A stretch of 64,000 nucleotides of DNA from NCBI GenBank assembly GCA_050613775.1, contig JBODTK010000139.1:248001-312000 (forward strand), read 5' to 3'. Within the stretch, counting starts at the first letter, position 1. Every line of letters begins with the position of its first letter. Below the pieces are notes generated by a model, which saw only the letters and a list, made by a program, of their open reading frames with translations, made no database searches and was not told the origin of the DNA. Source of the DNA: Neocallimastix sp. 'constans'. Lineage: Eukaryota. Shown in pieces: positions 12,701 through 23,384 of this stretch. The position numbers and the translations under genes were made by a program.

Positions 12701-13618
12701 TGTGAAAAATGTCAATTAAATAAATCTCAACCATACCCTGAACCAACGGAAGATAAACCAACTGAAGTGGAAGGACCATTTACACACTTAGGATTGGACA
12801 TTATAGGACCTATAAGTAAAACCAGAAATAATAATCAATATATAATCGTTGTGGTTGATTATTTTACTAAATGGGTTGAGGCAGAGCCCACTGAAAATGT
12901 TACTTCTCAGGATGTGATAAAATTTTTAATTAATGTATTTGCTCGACACGGTGTACCTCAAATTATCACTACTGATAATGGAACACAATTTACATCAGAT
13001 ATGACAAAAATCTTCCTTGATTTATATGATGTATATGTTAAATTTATCACTCCATATCATCCTGAAAGCAATGGTTTAGTTGAGAATCGTAATAAAGAAA
13101 TTGGAAAATTATTACGATTACTAGGACAACAACACAAAGAATGGGATGAAATTTTACCATCTGCACTTTGGGCTTTAAGAACTACTAAAAACTCAATCAC
13201 CAACCATTCAAGTTTTGAATTAGTTTATGGAAGGGAGGACCAACAACCTTTTGACATTGCTGCCAGACCAACTAAGGGTATAAATAAGTCTTCTGACGAA
13301 ATTCTACTGGAAAAATTTGTATCACACTACCAATGGGTAATGGAGGCCGCATCTAATATCAAAAATGCTTCTAAGTATTGGGCTACTAGGAGAGAAGAAA
13401 AGACCAGTATGAATCAAGCTAAAAGAATAAAACCAGGTGATTTAGTACTAGTAAGAAACTTTAATCGAACTAAATTAGAACCTTACTTTGTTGGACCTAT
13501 GAAAGTGGTAAAGAAACAATTCAATACAGTCACTTTAGCTGATCCTGCTACTAATATACAAATGAATCGTAATGTTCATTTGAAAAATATTGTCAAGTTT
13601 AACTCAGCTTCTACCTAG
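9800..13618 (+). CDS. pol: Pol of A1 (protease-RT-RNase H-integrase); frame is open from the frameshift site near 9617
   Basis: ALIDSCS protease, WRLCIDYR/MPFGL/FIDD RT, TDAS RNase H, HHCC plus YHPESNG integrase, GPY/F-like YFVGPM. Confidence 0.97.
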   Translation: MDYLVNVIKRKANPKDEETSDQRGKRVHRSLRDDPKPIVTPGLRKQKENQLRGTSRPVKKPTTQLHPSIMAQPRIEKEKRIEKELRDKERASTSTSVENNKNSIVNIINEETSQEGNNSKQTLNKLIQEKASEKSTEIMPIRIPRRIQMQTDCDSYDVIKDLNSSNCNITFGQLLDVAPKIRSQVSQGLKLEKNNTKISGAVDNMCATTIITNNIDHTYKSKHHEPQEDDIAMVDVIVDGVRGKALIDSCSNLSIITKQFLDKLPYQYEPIGVSAGRIRLATLNDDYSEDVLIKVPVKINELELLVTCRIIDKEDPFYDILINLKTQIDNQLFIHPIRYSLCRFNDQGLIEEIAPINNEYDDEEKLLCVIKALNHQEAKQQLKTIEGLPPIKYIYDTVFQSTINSNYREAITRLLEEYIDIIATSSEELTPSDLSPHKIILKEGVKPIKQKFYRLSKLKTDILKEELTKLIYKRLIEPSCSEWSSPVVLVPKKNGKWRLCIDYRKVNEATKKDSYSLPNIEEIFDSLDGAKIFSTLDLYSGYHQILMDDDSVEITTFTTKFGNYQFKVMPFGLTGAPATFQREMNRILFPLIGKCVYNFIDDILIYSRTEEEHLEHLKQVLEIFKEHKLKINIEKCSFMQTEVEVLGHKVSSEGLSPLENKVEAIKEWKAPSNIHELRSFLGAIGYYRNFIKDFAKVTAPLCTLLRKGIKFEWKKEQEESFKILKERLINAPILRFPRFDREFIIRTDASYDGIGGVLLQKDDETGKEHPVHYISRSLSKSEKNYGITDLEGAALIYCINKLKSYIMGNPKQTIVYTDHRPLIGLLKNKEPQNSRHTRWCLTVSMLGIDLRYETGKNNVVADALSRMKNEKEKVVLTTQIIKEQDENLLSRTIKEFIEEKFTTIDGVDYFVDGNNYRKLVTDTKEKLQLIFQAHSIGHEGYYKTYQRLKKSYYWNNMVNDIKRIIGKCEKCQLNKSQPYPEPTEDKPTEVEGPFTHLGLDIIGPISKTRNNNQYIIVVVDYFTKWVEAEPTENVTSQDVIKFLINVFARHGVPQIITTDNGTQFTSDMTKIFLDLYDVYVKFITPYHPESNGLVENRNKEIGKLLRLLGQQHKEWDEILPSALWALRTTKNSITNHSSFELVYGREDQQPFDIAARPTKGINKSSDEILLEKFVSHYQWVMEAASNIKNASKYWATRREEKTSMNQAKRIKPGDLVLVRNFNRTKLEPYFVGPMKVVKKQFNTVTLADPATNIQMNRNVHLKNIVKFNSAST

Positions 13619-14431
13619 CTTGAGTCTTAGCGGGGGCATCTTAATACAGAATGAACAAATAATACTAATTATGCTAGAATAATATAAATTATTCTAACCT
13701 TATAGATTATTCTATTCTATATAATTGGAACTTTCCAATATTCTTCAAATATTACTAAATAGAAATCTTAAGTTAATAAATCACTAATTAACTTATAATT
13801 CCTTTTTGAATTATCGATCCGATTCCATTATAATGTATTAAAAATCTTTAGCCAAGAATATTGTCCTTGCCCACTTAATATATTAATATTATATTTCTTT
13901 TGTATTATGTTATATTGAAAATAATCAAATCTATTTAATTAGTTATTAAAATTTTCGTTATCAATTTAAATTTATTTTTAATTACTAAATTTAACTAAAC
14001 CACAATAAAATATTCTGTATAATCTCTTTATTTTTATTTTATATATATTAATATTAAACTATTATTAAATAATTAATAATTCAATAATATAAAACTAATA
14101 TTTATAACAATAATATTATTAACTAAAATAATAATTCAATTTCAATTTAAATGTTTTATTTATTAAAATAATTAGTAATTAGTTTATTAAAAAATAGTTA
14201 GGCTTTTCAAATTTTAATTTGATAAAAAAATATAAATACATGTAATTTTTAGAGAAATAAAATATAATGAATAACTTACTTTTATTAAATAAATAATTAT
14301 ATTATTATTTTTCTTTTATAAATTTAAATAAATAAACATTGATTTTAAAACAAAATTATTTTTATTGTAATTTTATTATTTGTGTTAATTATTATTATAT
14401 TCCTAAAATTATATGAACCATACCAAATTTG

Positions 14432-15303
14432 TGTAATAATTCTATTAAGAACTAACTCAAAATAGAATTATTAACTACAACTTAACGACTAATTCATTAA
14501 GTTGAGAAAATAAAATAAAATAAATTTTTTTACCTTTAATGTAGAGTTTATTATAAAATTAATTATAATAATAACACAACATGTAAGAGAAGAATTGTTT
14601 GTATAAATTGATTTTAAAAATATGTTTTTGAATAAAATATTTTTATTAATTTATTAAAGTTAAAAATATAAAAATGTTACTATTATAACTATGTTTTTTA
14701 TAATAATAACTCTTGATTTCTCAAAGAGAACTCAAGAGCCTTATTTATATTTTTTTATGAAAATAAGGTTAAATAAGAAAGGGTTTTCTAATCTTAACAA
14801 ATCTCTTATCTAGGAAAAGATTAGATAGAAAAACCTAGATAAGTTTTCGATCGATATTCTATCCATATCAATCATCGCATTAATTAAGTAAAACCGATTA
14901 CTTCTAAAAAGTAATTGGAAAAAATCTTAATTAACCGATTTTCCAATCTAATGATCGAAAATAAAAGAATAAAATAATAAAAGATATTTCGATCATATAA
15001 TTTATCCTTATATTAAAAATATAAAATTAAATAGTTAATAAAATACAGAATACATTATAAAATACAGAATACATTATAAAATACAGAATACAATACAAAA
15101 TACATTAGTTACAATAGAGAATTTAGCATATTTTAAATATATTATTTAAAATTAATTAAATAAATTTTGTTAAATTAATGAATATTTAAAATTAAAATAA
15201 ATAAATTTAATAAATATTATATGTAATTAAATAAAGTTATAGTTATAATAACTTAACTAAGAAAGTATAATTATTTGTTAGCAAATAATTATAGATTCTT
15301 ACA
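14432..15303 (-). repeat. Family E LTR, no matching TSD
   Basis: TGTAAT...CTTACA; near-identical inverted copy at 55635-56521. Confidence 0.85.
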
Positions 15304-16542
15304 TAAAAGGTAAGTTTGTTATTAACTAAAATAACGAATAATAATTAAATCTAAAGGCTAAGATAACTTAACACCTCTCTATTCGAGTTGTTAATAATAA
15401 ACACTAAATTAATTAATTCTATAATTATTATTTCTTTTTACACTAGAGTATAGCGCAGTACTTTATAACTCTATTTGTTATCAGTTACTGGGCTTACACT
15501 GAGTAATATTTTTTATTTAATAATTATAATTTTATTTATCAATATTAATATTTATAATAACAATTTACGTTAATAGTAACGCTAGTGCGTTACAGTTACA
15601 AGTTCAATTATTATTTATACATGTCAGTAATATTATGATTGGTAAATAATTTAATTTAACTTAGTTTACTAATCACTAAATAAAATATATTTAAATAAAT
15701 ATTTAACTATATAATTATTTATAAAATAATAAAAATTTAATGTACGAAAGTAATAAAAGATTTTATTTGATTAGCCGAAATTGCTAGCTGTTTAGAGATA
15801 CGTTACGTAACCAAAGAACTATCATTGGATAGGCTTGAAGTTACCATGTATCTGTTACACAAATATTTGATAAATAACCAAATTATAAATTAAGAAAAAT
15901 CAATAAAATGGAATAATAACCCTCTTAATTAGTTATAGATAATTATAAAATAATATTTTAATAAAAATAAATTAAAAGATTTAAAATTATTAAATAAATA
16001 TTATTTTAATTTAAAGAACAATGTATTTTATATTAAATTATTCTTTTATTTTACTTTAACGATTTTAAATTAAATCTCAGTTTAAATTGATATTAATATT
16101 AATTAAAAAGAAACTTATTAATAATAACAAAATTGTTTATTTTATCTTAAAAGTGTTTACTTAAAATAATTATATAGTTTTATTTTAAATAATTTAAACT
16201 TAAAAGAAAAATATAAAAACATGTAAATATTTCTTTAAAAATAAAAAAAATCAGAATTCAAGAATTAAAAATTTAAAATTTAAGTTTTAATAAATTATTT
16301 TCTTTTATTCTCATTTATTTTAAATACTTTTTATTAAGAATATAAATATTCAAAATAATAAAAAGTACAATTTTATATTGATAAATAAAGTTTTATTATA
16401 AAAAAAAACAAATATTCTTTTCTTATTTTAAACTGTAGTGTTTTAATTAACATTTTTGTGTTAATAACTACCCTTTTAATTGACAAATTATTATCACTTT
16501 TAGAAGTAAATTCTAAATTAAGATAATAATCAACATTTGTCA
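15304..16542. mobile_element. Truncated retroelement remnant Z: structured non-coding segment plus LTR-like end
   Basis: Ends TTTGTCA followed by TTTT. Carries the AATATAAAAACATGTAA motif seen in A and C LTRs. Several hairpins at 15350-15860. Confidence 0.45.
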
Positions 16543-16548
16543 TTTTTG

Positions 16549-17547
16549 TGTAATAATTTAATTAAAAAATTATAATTAAATTATTAATCATTAATATTAG
16601 CTCTAACTGCTAATATTGAAGGTTTAGAAAAGAATCATACTTACCTATGGTTCTTTCTAATTATCGAGTTTATTATAACGAATTATAATAGACGAAACAC
16701 TAAAATTGATAAGGAAAAGTTTTAATTATAAAATTTGTTTTATTAAAATAATTTGTTTTATTATTTATTAAAAATTTTAAATGTTAAAACTTATTGTTAT
16801 TATTATTATATTATAATTGTTATAATAATAACTCTTGATTTCTCAAAGAGAACTCAAGAGCCTTATTTATACTTTTTTGTCAAAATAAGATTAAAATCAA
16901 AAGGGGTTCTAATCTCAACAAATCTCTTATCTAGGAAAAGACTAGAAGAAAAACCTAGATAAGTTTTTTGATCGATATTCTATCCATATCGATCATCGCG
17001 TTAATTAAATAAAACCGATTACTTTTAAGAAGTAATTGGAAAAACCTTAATTAACCGATTATTTAATCTAATATAATGATCGAAAATAAAAGAATAAAAT
17101 AATGAAAATTATTTCGATCATAAAATTTAAAATTTAATCTATTTAGTTCTATTTTATAGAACTTTACATAAAAAATATAAAACAATACATTAATAATAAA
17201 ATACATGATTAATACAATACAGAATACATGATAGAATACAGAATACATGATAAAATACAGAATAGTGTTTTAGTTTATGATTTAATAAGTGAGAGAAAAC
17301 TAAAACTAATAAATTTAATAATTAAGTGAATAATTAAATAAATTTAATATTATTTTAAATGTATAAAAATTATTTGATTAAATAAATTTTTAATATTAAA
17401 CTAAATAAAATTTTAATATATAATTAAATATATTATTAATTATAATTAATTGTATAAATGAAATATGAGTTAAATAAAAGTTATATTAATTATAACCTAA
17501 CTAAGAAAATATAATTATTTTGTTAAAAATAATTATAGATTCTTACA
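16549..17547 (-). repeat. Solo LTR, family E
   Basis: TGTAAT...CTTACA, 5-bp TSD TTTTG (16544-16548, 17548-17552); core nearly identical to 14700-15000. Confidence 0.88.
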
Positions 17548-17550
17548 TTT

Positions 17551-20409
17551 TGGTAAAGAATGAATTAATAACCTTTATTTTATTATTTTATTATTAATAA
17601 TTCTTTACTAAATTGTACTTTCCTATATTCTTCATAACCTAAACCTCATTGTAAATTTAATTTATTTTGATATAAATTAATTTTAACTTGTAAATAATGT
17701 AAATAAATTTTAATTAATTACTTTATTGTTATATTATTAAATACATGTATATATTAAAATACAATTGTAAATATTAAAATTATACTTTTAAGATACTAAA
17801 TTATTAAATTTATTAATTAAATATTATTATAAAAATTATTATAAAATTATTAAAATTATTAATTAAATATTATTCTAAAAATTATTATAAACTATTAATA
17901 TTATAAAATTATTAAAATTATTAAATATTATTATAAAAATTTATTTATTATAACTATTAAATATTATTATAAAATTATTAAGATTATTAATTAAATTTAT
18001 TATTAAAAATTATTATTAAAAATTATTACTTATTATAAAAATTATTATTTAAATATTATCAAATTTATTAATTAAATATTATAAAAATTTTATTTTATTT
18101 TTAAAAATAATTACAAGTATTATTTAAAATAATTAAAGATTATTAAATTTATTATATTAATCTTTAAAAACAATTTATTTAACTTAAAAATATCAAAGAA
18201 AATAGTAAAAACTATTTTCTATATATTTATTTTATAATTATTTTTAATTAAATTATATTTGAATATTATATTATTATATTTATAAAAATTAAAACAAAAA
18301 TGAATTATTGATATAAAATTAATTCAATAATTCTATAAAATTACTTAAATTATAAACAACTAATTATACTTTAAATTCATAAAAAAATATAAATATTGTA
18401 AATATTTCTTAAAAATTAAATATGTGTACTTTAAATAATAAAATTTTATATTAATAAAAAAAAATAAATAACTTTTAATAAAGAATTATTTTTTTTTTAT
18501 TTAAAATCAAAGCAGGGTAATACCCGTCCCCCCCTGCTTGATTTTAAATATCTAAGTGTCAACCCCGAGTCTACCAAAATTGGTGGAGATATCGGGGAGT
18601 GTGAAAACATTGATGAATAGATAAGAAAAACAATAGAATAAAATATAATGTAAAAATAAATGATCATAATAGTAATACAAAGAAATTATAATTTTAATTA
18701 TAAAATTTTAGTAATAATTTAAGTAAAAATAATATATATATAAATTTAAAATTAAATTGTTAAAAAATGAATTATTTTAAAATGAATTCAATATAATAAT
18801 TATTTTTTTTTAGTTAGGTGGTCGAAGAGTATTTCGAGCCTAACAAATAAATTTTTAATTTTTAAATAAAATCCTTAGGTGGTCAGCCAGAAAGTGCTGA
18901 GCCTGAAGGTAAGTATAATAATTTTTTTTTAAATCCTTAAGTGTCGGACAAAGAGTGCCGAACTTGAAGGAATAAATATATAAAAATTATTTCAAATAAA
19001 CTTTCTTGGGTGTCGAAAAAGGATTTTCGAACTTGAAGAAAGTTAAAAATGTATTGGTTTACTGCGGTAGTTCCAATATAATAAACATTGAATAATTTTA
19101 AAATTTTAATTTAAAATAATTTATATTTAGTTTATAATATAAAATTAATACTTAAAATATTACAAATTTTGAAGAAATTATAGAAAAAAAAAAAATAATT
19201 TACAATATATTTTTAAGAAATAATATTTATTATATTATTTAGTGTTTATATAATTACATTAATTGAAAATTTATTAGAACATAATAAATTTTATTTTTTT
19301 TTTATGATCAATAATTAGAATTCCAGTTGTGGAATTTAATAAATTATATAATTACATTAAGAATTAAACAAAATATGAGAAGAACAAGTTCCAGATGTTA
19401 TCTTAAACGAAGAATTATTAATGCAAAGCATAACTGAATTGAAAGATAAAATAAGTGAATTAAAAAAGTGAATTAAAGAAAAATATTTTTGAAGAATATA
19501 ATATTATTCAAATTATAGAAAAATAAAAAGAGAAAATTATTTTTGAAGAAAATAATATTATTATTCAAATTATAAAAAAAAAAAGAATATATTAGTATGA
19601 AAAATCTCTATGAAGATACTATAAATATTCTTAATTTAGAAAGAGAGCAATTCAATTATTGGAAAGAAAATATTATAAAAGAAAACGAATTGAACAGTTC
19701 TTCACAGTCCAAGAAAATTAATAAATTAAATTGTGAAATTGAATCTTTGAAACTTGGTAAAAGTAGTAATTTAAAAAAATAATTAAAAATAAAAAAAAAA
19801 AAAAAAAAAAAAAAAAAATAAAAATAAATTAGTGATATTTTAAATGGAAATTTCAATTAGTTTCATAAATTGAATTATTAAAGTTTAAACATAATGTTAA
19901 AATCACTGATTTAGAGAATTCATTATAACCTTCAAAATATGTTAATTTTAAATTAATGGAATAAGAAATTATTATATGAATAAATAAAAAAAAAAAAATT
20001 AAAAAGGATTAGTATCTAATTTAAAAAGGATTAGTATCTAAATGAAAGAAGAAAAAGAAGTTTCAAAGTTCATTGTTGAAGTAACTACTGAAGAATATAC
20101 AAGAATTGGAAGAAACAAAAGACAAGTAGAAATAAAAAAAAATAATAATTAATTAAAAAAAAAAAATTTTTTTTTTTTTTTGGTACAATTCCAGTTGACC
20201 CTGACATTTTTGGAATTTTAAAAAATTTATTATAAAAATTTTTAATATATGGTAATATATAAATTAAATTATTTAATTTAAATATTTCAATTAATACATA
20301 TATTAAAATATATTTTAAAATATACAAAAATTTTTAAATTTAAGAAATAATGATAATATTATATATATAAAAAAAAAAAAAATTTATATTTTTATTTAGT
20401 TATATAGTT

Positions 20410-20464
<55 letters not shown>

Positions 20465-22054
20465 TAATTAGTTAATAATATAAGAAAATTTGCCTTTGCT
20501 ATAGTATAGCAAAAGTTTTAGCGGGGGCATCATGATAAAGAATAGAATAATAATGATATTTTTAATTAAATTTTTAATAATTTATTATATAAAAATATAT
20601 TATTATATTCTTTACTATTAATAATTTTCTTATATTCTATATTAATAATTTTTATATTAGTTATATTTTATTATTTTTTATATTAAATTTATGTAATTAA
20701 TTAATTTATATGATTAGTTTTAATAATGTAATTAAATAATATAAAATATGTATTATCCATATTATTTTATGAAGGGGGCCTTTCTGAGAAAAGAAATAGT
20801 AGAAATAGTAGTGATAATGAAATAGTAATAATAATTGAAAGGTTTCCCATATTGTTATAATAATAAATATTAATATTAATAAAGTTATTTTTAACAATAA
20901 AATAATTATATAATTTATAAATAATAAATATTTTTAATAATAGTTCTTTAAATAAAATTTATAATGTGTAATAATAAATTCTTTTAGTGTAATTTAGTCT
21001 TTAGTTAAATTATCTATTTATTTAATGTTCACACTCCTTTTCTAATATGAACCTCAACATTTTTGATAAATAATGAAATTTTAAAATTAAAATAAATAAT
21101 AAATAATAAATTCTTATTTAACTTAACCCAAAATTAATTCTTTTAGAAGTCCCGAATTAAATTTAAGGAAATTAATTAAAAGAAATAAATGGAAATAAAA
21201 AAATAATAATAATTTAATTAATCATTAACAATTTTAATTAAAACTAAAATAAATTAATAATTAATATTCTTATAAAATTATAAACAAACAAAATAATAAA
21301 CAAACTTAATAAATTGTAAATAATAAATAAACAAATTTATAAACATTTCAAAATTAAAATTAAATAGCTGAATAATATTTAAATTACCTTTTATTTTAAA
21401 TAATTAATATTTTATTTATTTTATAACTCAACTTTTATAAACAAATTATAATTAAAACTTGTTTATTTTAATACTTTATTTGTAAATATTTATAACAATA
21501 ATTTATTTTATTTATTTTAAATGTAAATAGTTTAAAATCATTGAAAAATATAAAAGCATGTAAATATTCTTTTAAATTATTCTTTATTATTAATTATTTA
21601 ATAAAATTATTATAGATTTTTGATTAGTTTTAATAATCAAAAAGTAAGATTATTAATTATTTAATAAATTATTATAAATATTTTATTAGTTTTAATAATC
21701 AAAAGGTATGATTATTAATAATTTAATAAATTATTATATATATTTTATTAGTTATTAATAATCAATTTTATTATTAAAATTTAAAATAAATTAGTATAAA
21801 TAATAAATATTTCATTTTATTATTTTATTAGTTTTAACAATTATTTTATTAATTTAAACAAAATTAATTATTAAATAAATAAAGATTAATATTAAAATAA
21901 AAATAAAATTTTTTTAATAAAACATTTTTGTGTTTAATAATAAAACATATTTATTTTTTTTAAATTTCTTAAATCAATTTTATTCAGTATTTATCCTTTT
22001 ATTCACTTCTACAAAATTTAATTTTTGTAGATTAAGAATATTAGGTATAAATCA
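17551..22054 (+). mobile_element. Non-autonomous gypsy-type element C with dissimilar LTRs
   Basis: 5' LTR TGGTA...TACCA (17551-18576), PBS 18581-18598, no gag or pol, PPT AGCGGGGG near 20520-20527, 3' LTR from 20533 to about 22054 (ATCA), probable TSD TTTT. Confidence 0.65.
18813..19044 (+). repeat. Array of four bulged hairpins
   Basis: RRGT-G(G)-TCR...YGA-RCYT stems at 18813, 18873, 18934 and 18999, about 60-nt period. Confidence 0.8.
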
Positions 22055-22059
22055 TTTTA

Positions 22060-22527
22060 TGATACGTGACCACTATAAAAATGGTATTTAGGTAGATTCT
22101 TTAGGTTAAAGAAATACTTAAATATTATTGGTCAATAATAATTTTAGAATAATATATATAATTTTAGAATAATAATTATTAAACGGAGAATTCTTTTATT
22201 TATAAGTTTATACTTATTATAAATTAATTCACATAAATAGCTATTTTTATATTTTATTTTAGTATAGTTAAAAGAGATATTATATATATTTGAGATAATT
22301 AATTATAATATTTATATAAAAGAGTAATAATAATAATAATTGATGTAATAATTAATAATTAATAATAAATAAAGAAAACATTAAAAAGATATATTTATTA
22401 CTTTATTTTGTATTATTGTATGTGTTATTTCTATTTAATATTAGAATATATTATTTTGTCATAATTCCTTATTGTCATTGCCCATAAATAAATATTAATT
22501 TAGATACATAAATAAAATATCGTATCA
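22060..22527 (+). repeat. Solo LTR related to family D
   Basis: TGATACG...CGTATCA, TSD TTTA on both sides. Confidence 0.88.
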
Positions 22528-22531
22528 TTTA

Positions 22532-23021
22532 TGATAAGAATGTACTAAATAATGCATTCTTAATTAAATCTACGATTTATTTCTAATACATTATGTGTAC
22601 ATTATTATTTTTGTACTTTAATAAATTTTTTAAATCCAAAGATCAAAAATTAAATCAAAAATTATATTAAACATTATATTTTTATATTAAATCTTATATT
22701 AATAGTAATATTTTTATATATTTAAAACTTATATTAGCAATTTTAATAATAAATCTTATTTTTTTTTTATTTTTATATTAATAATGAAAATTTGTATAAA
22801 TAATATTTTTATATATTGATAATTAAAAATTTATATATTATATTTTAACTTTTATTATAAAATTTTATATCGAAATGTTTTATTTTATATTGAAAAATAT
22901 TTTATTTTATTAAAAACCTTTATATTAGAATAGTACTTTTATTTCTATTTGAATATTTTAACAGATTGTAATAAAAATTATAGCCAATTAAATAAATTCT
23001 TATTAGTAATATTTTAGATAG

Positions 23022-23065
<44 letters not shown>

Positions 23066-23380
23066 TTTTATTAATATTATAAATGTATTTTATTTATATT
23101 GTTATAATTAAATCTTATATAATTGATTATAAAATTCAATTTAAATTTAATAGTTTTTTATAAAAAAAAAAAAAAAAAAAAAAAATAAATAAAATGTAAT
23201 TTAGTGGCAAGAACAACTTTTATGCCTTGAAAAAAAGTATAAATAGTTGTAAATTTTGCTACCAATTTTTAAAAATCATCAAGTAAAATTAATAAAATAA
23301 ATAAATAAAAAAATAATAAATAAATAAATAAAATTTGTGTTTCTTACTTTATTTTTATTTAATTCTCTAAAACCTTAACA
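22532..23380. repeat. Solo LTR family G
   Basis: TGATAAG...CTTAACA, TSD TTTA; near-identical inverted copy at 52541-53357. Confidence 0.85.
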
Positions 23381-23384
23381 TTTA

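Larger units (their letters stand above)
7419..14425 (+). mobile_element. Ty3/gypsy LTR retrotransposon family A, copy A1, apparently intact
   Basis: 784-bp near-identical LTRs (7419-8202, 13642-14425), PBS 8211-8228, gag and pol ORFs, PPT AGCGGGGG at 13629-13636. Confidence 0.97.

Noticed and set aside
14432..17547. Two E LTRs flanking one TRIM-like element
   Set aside because: The second LTR has its own TSD (TTTTG), and no PBS or PPT adjoins either LTR.
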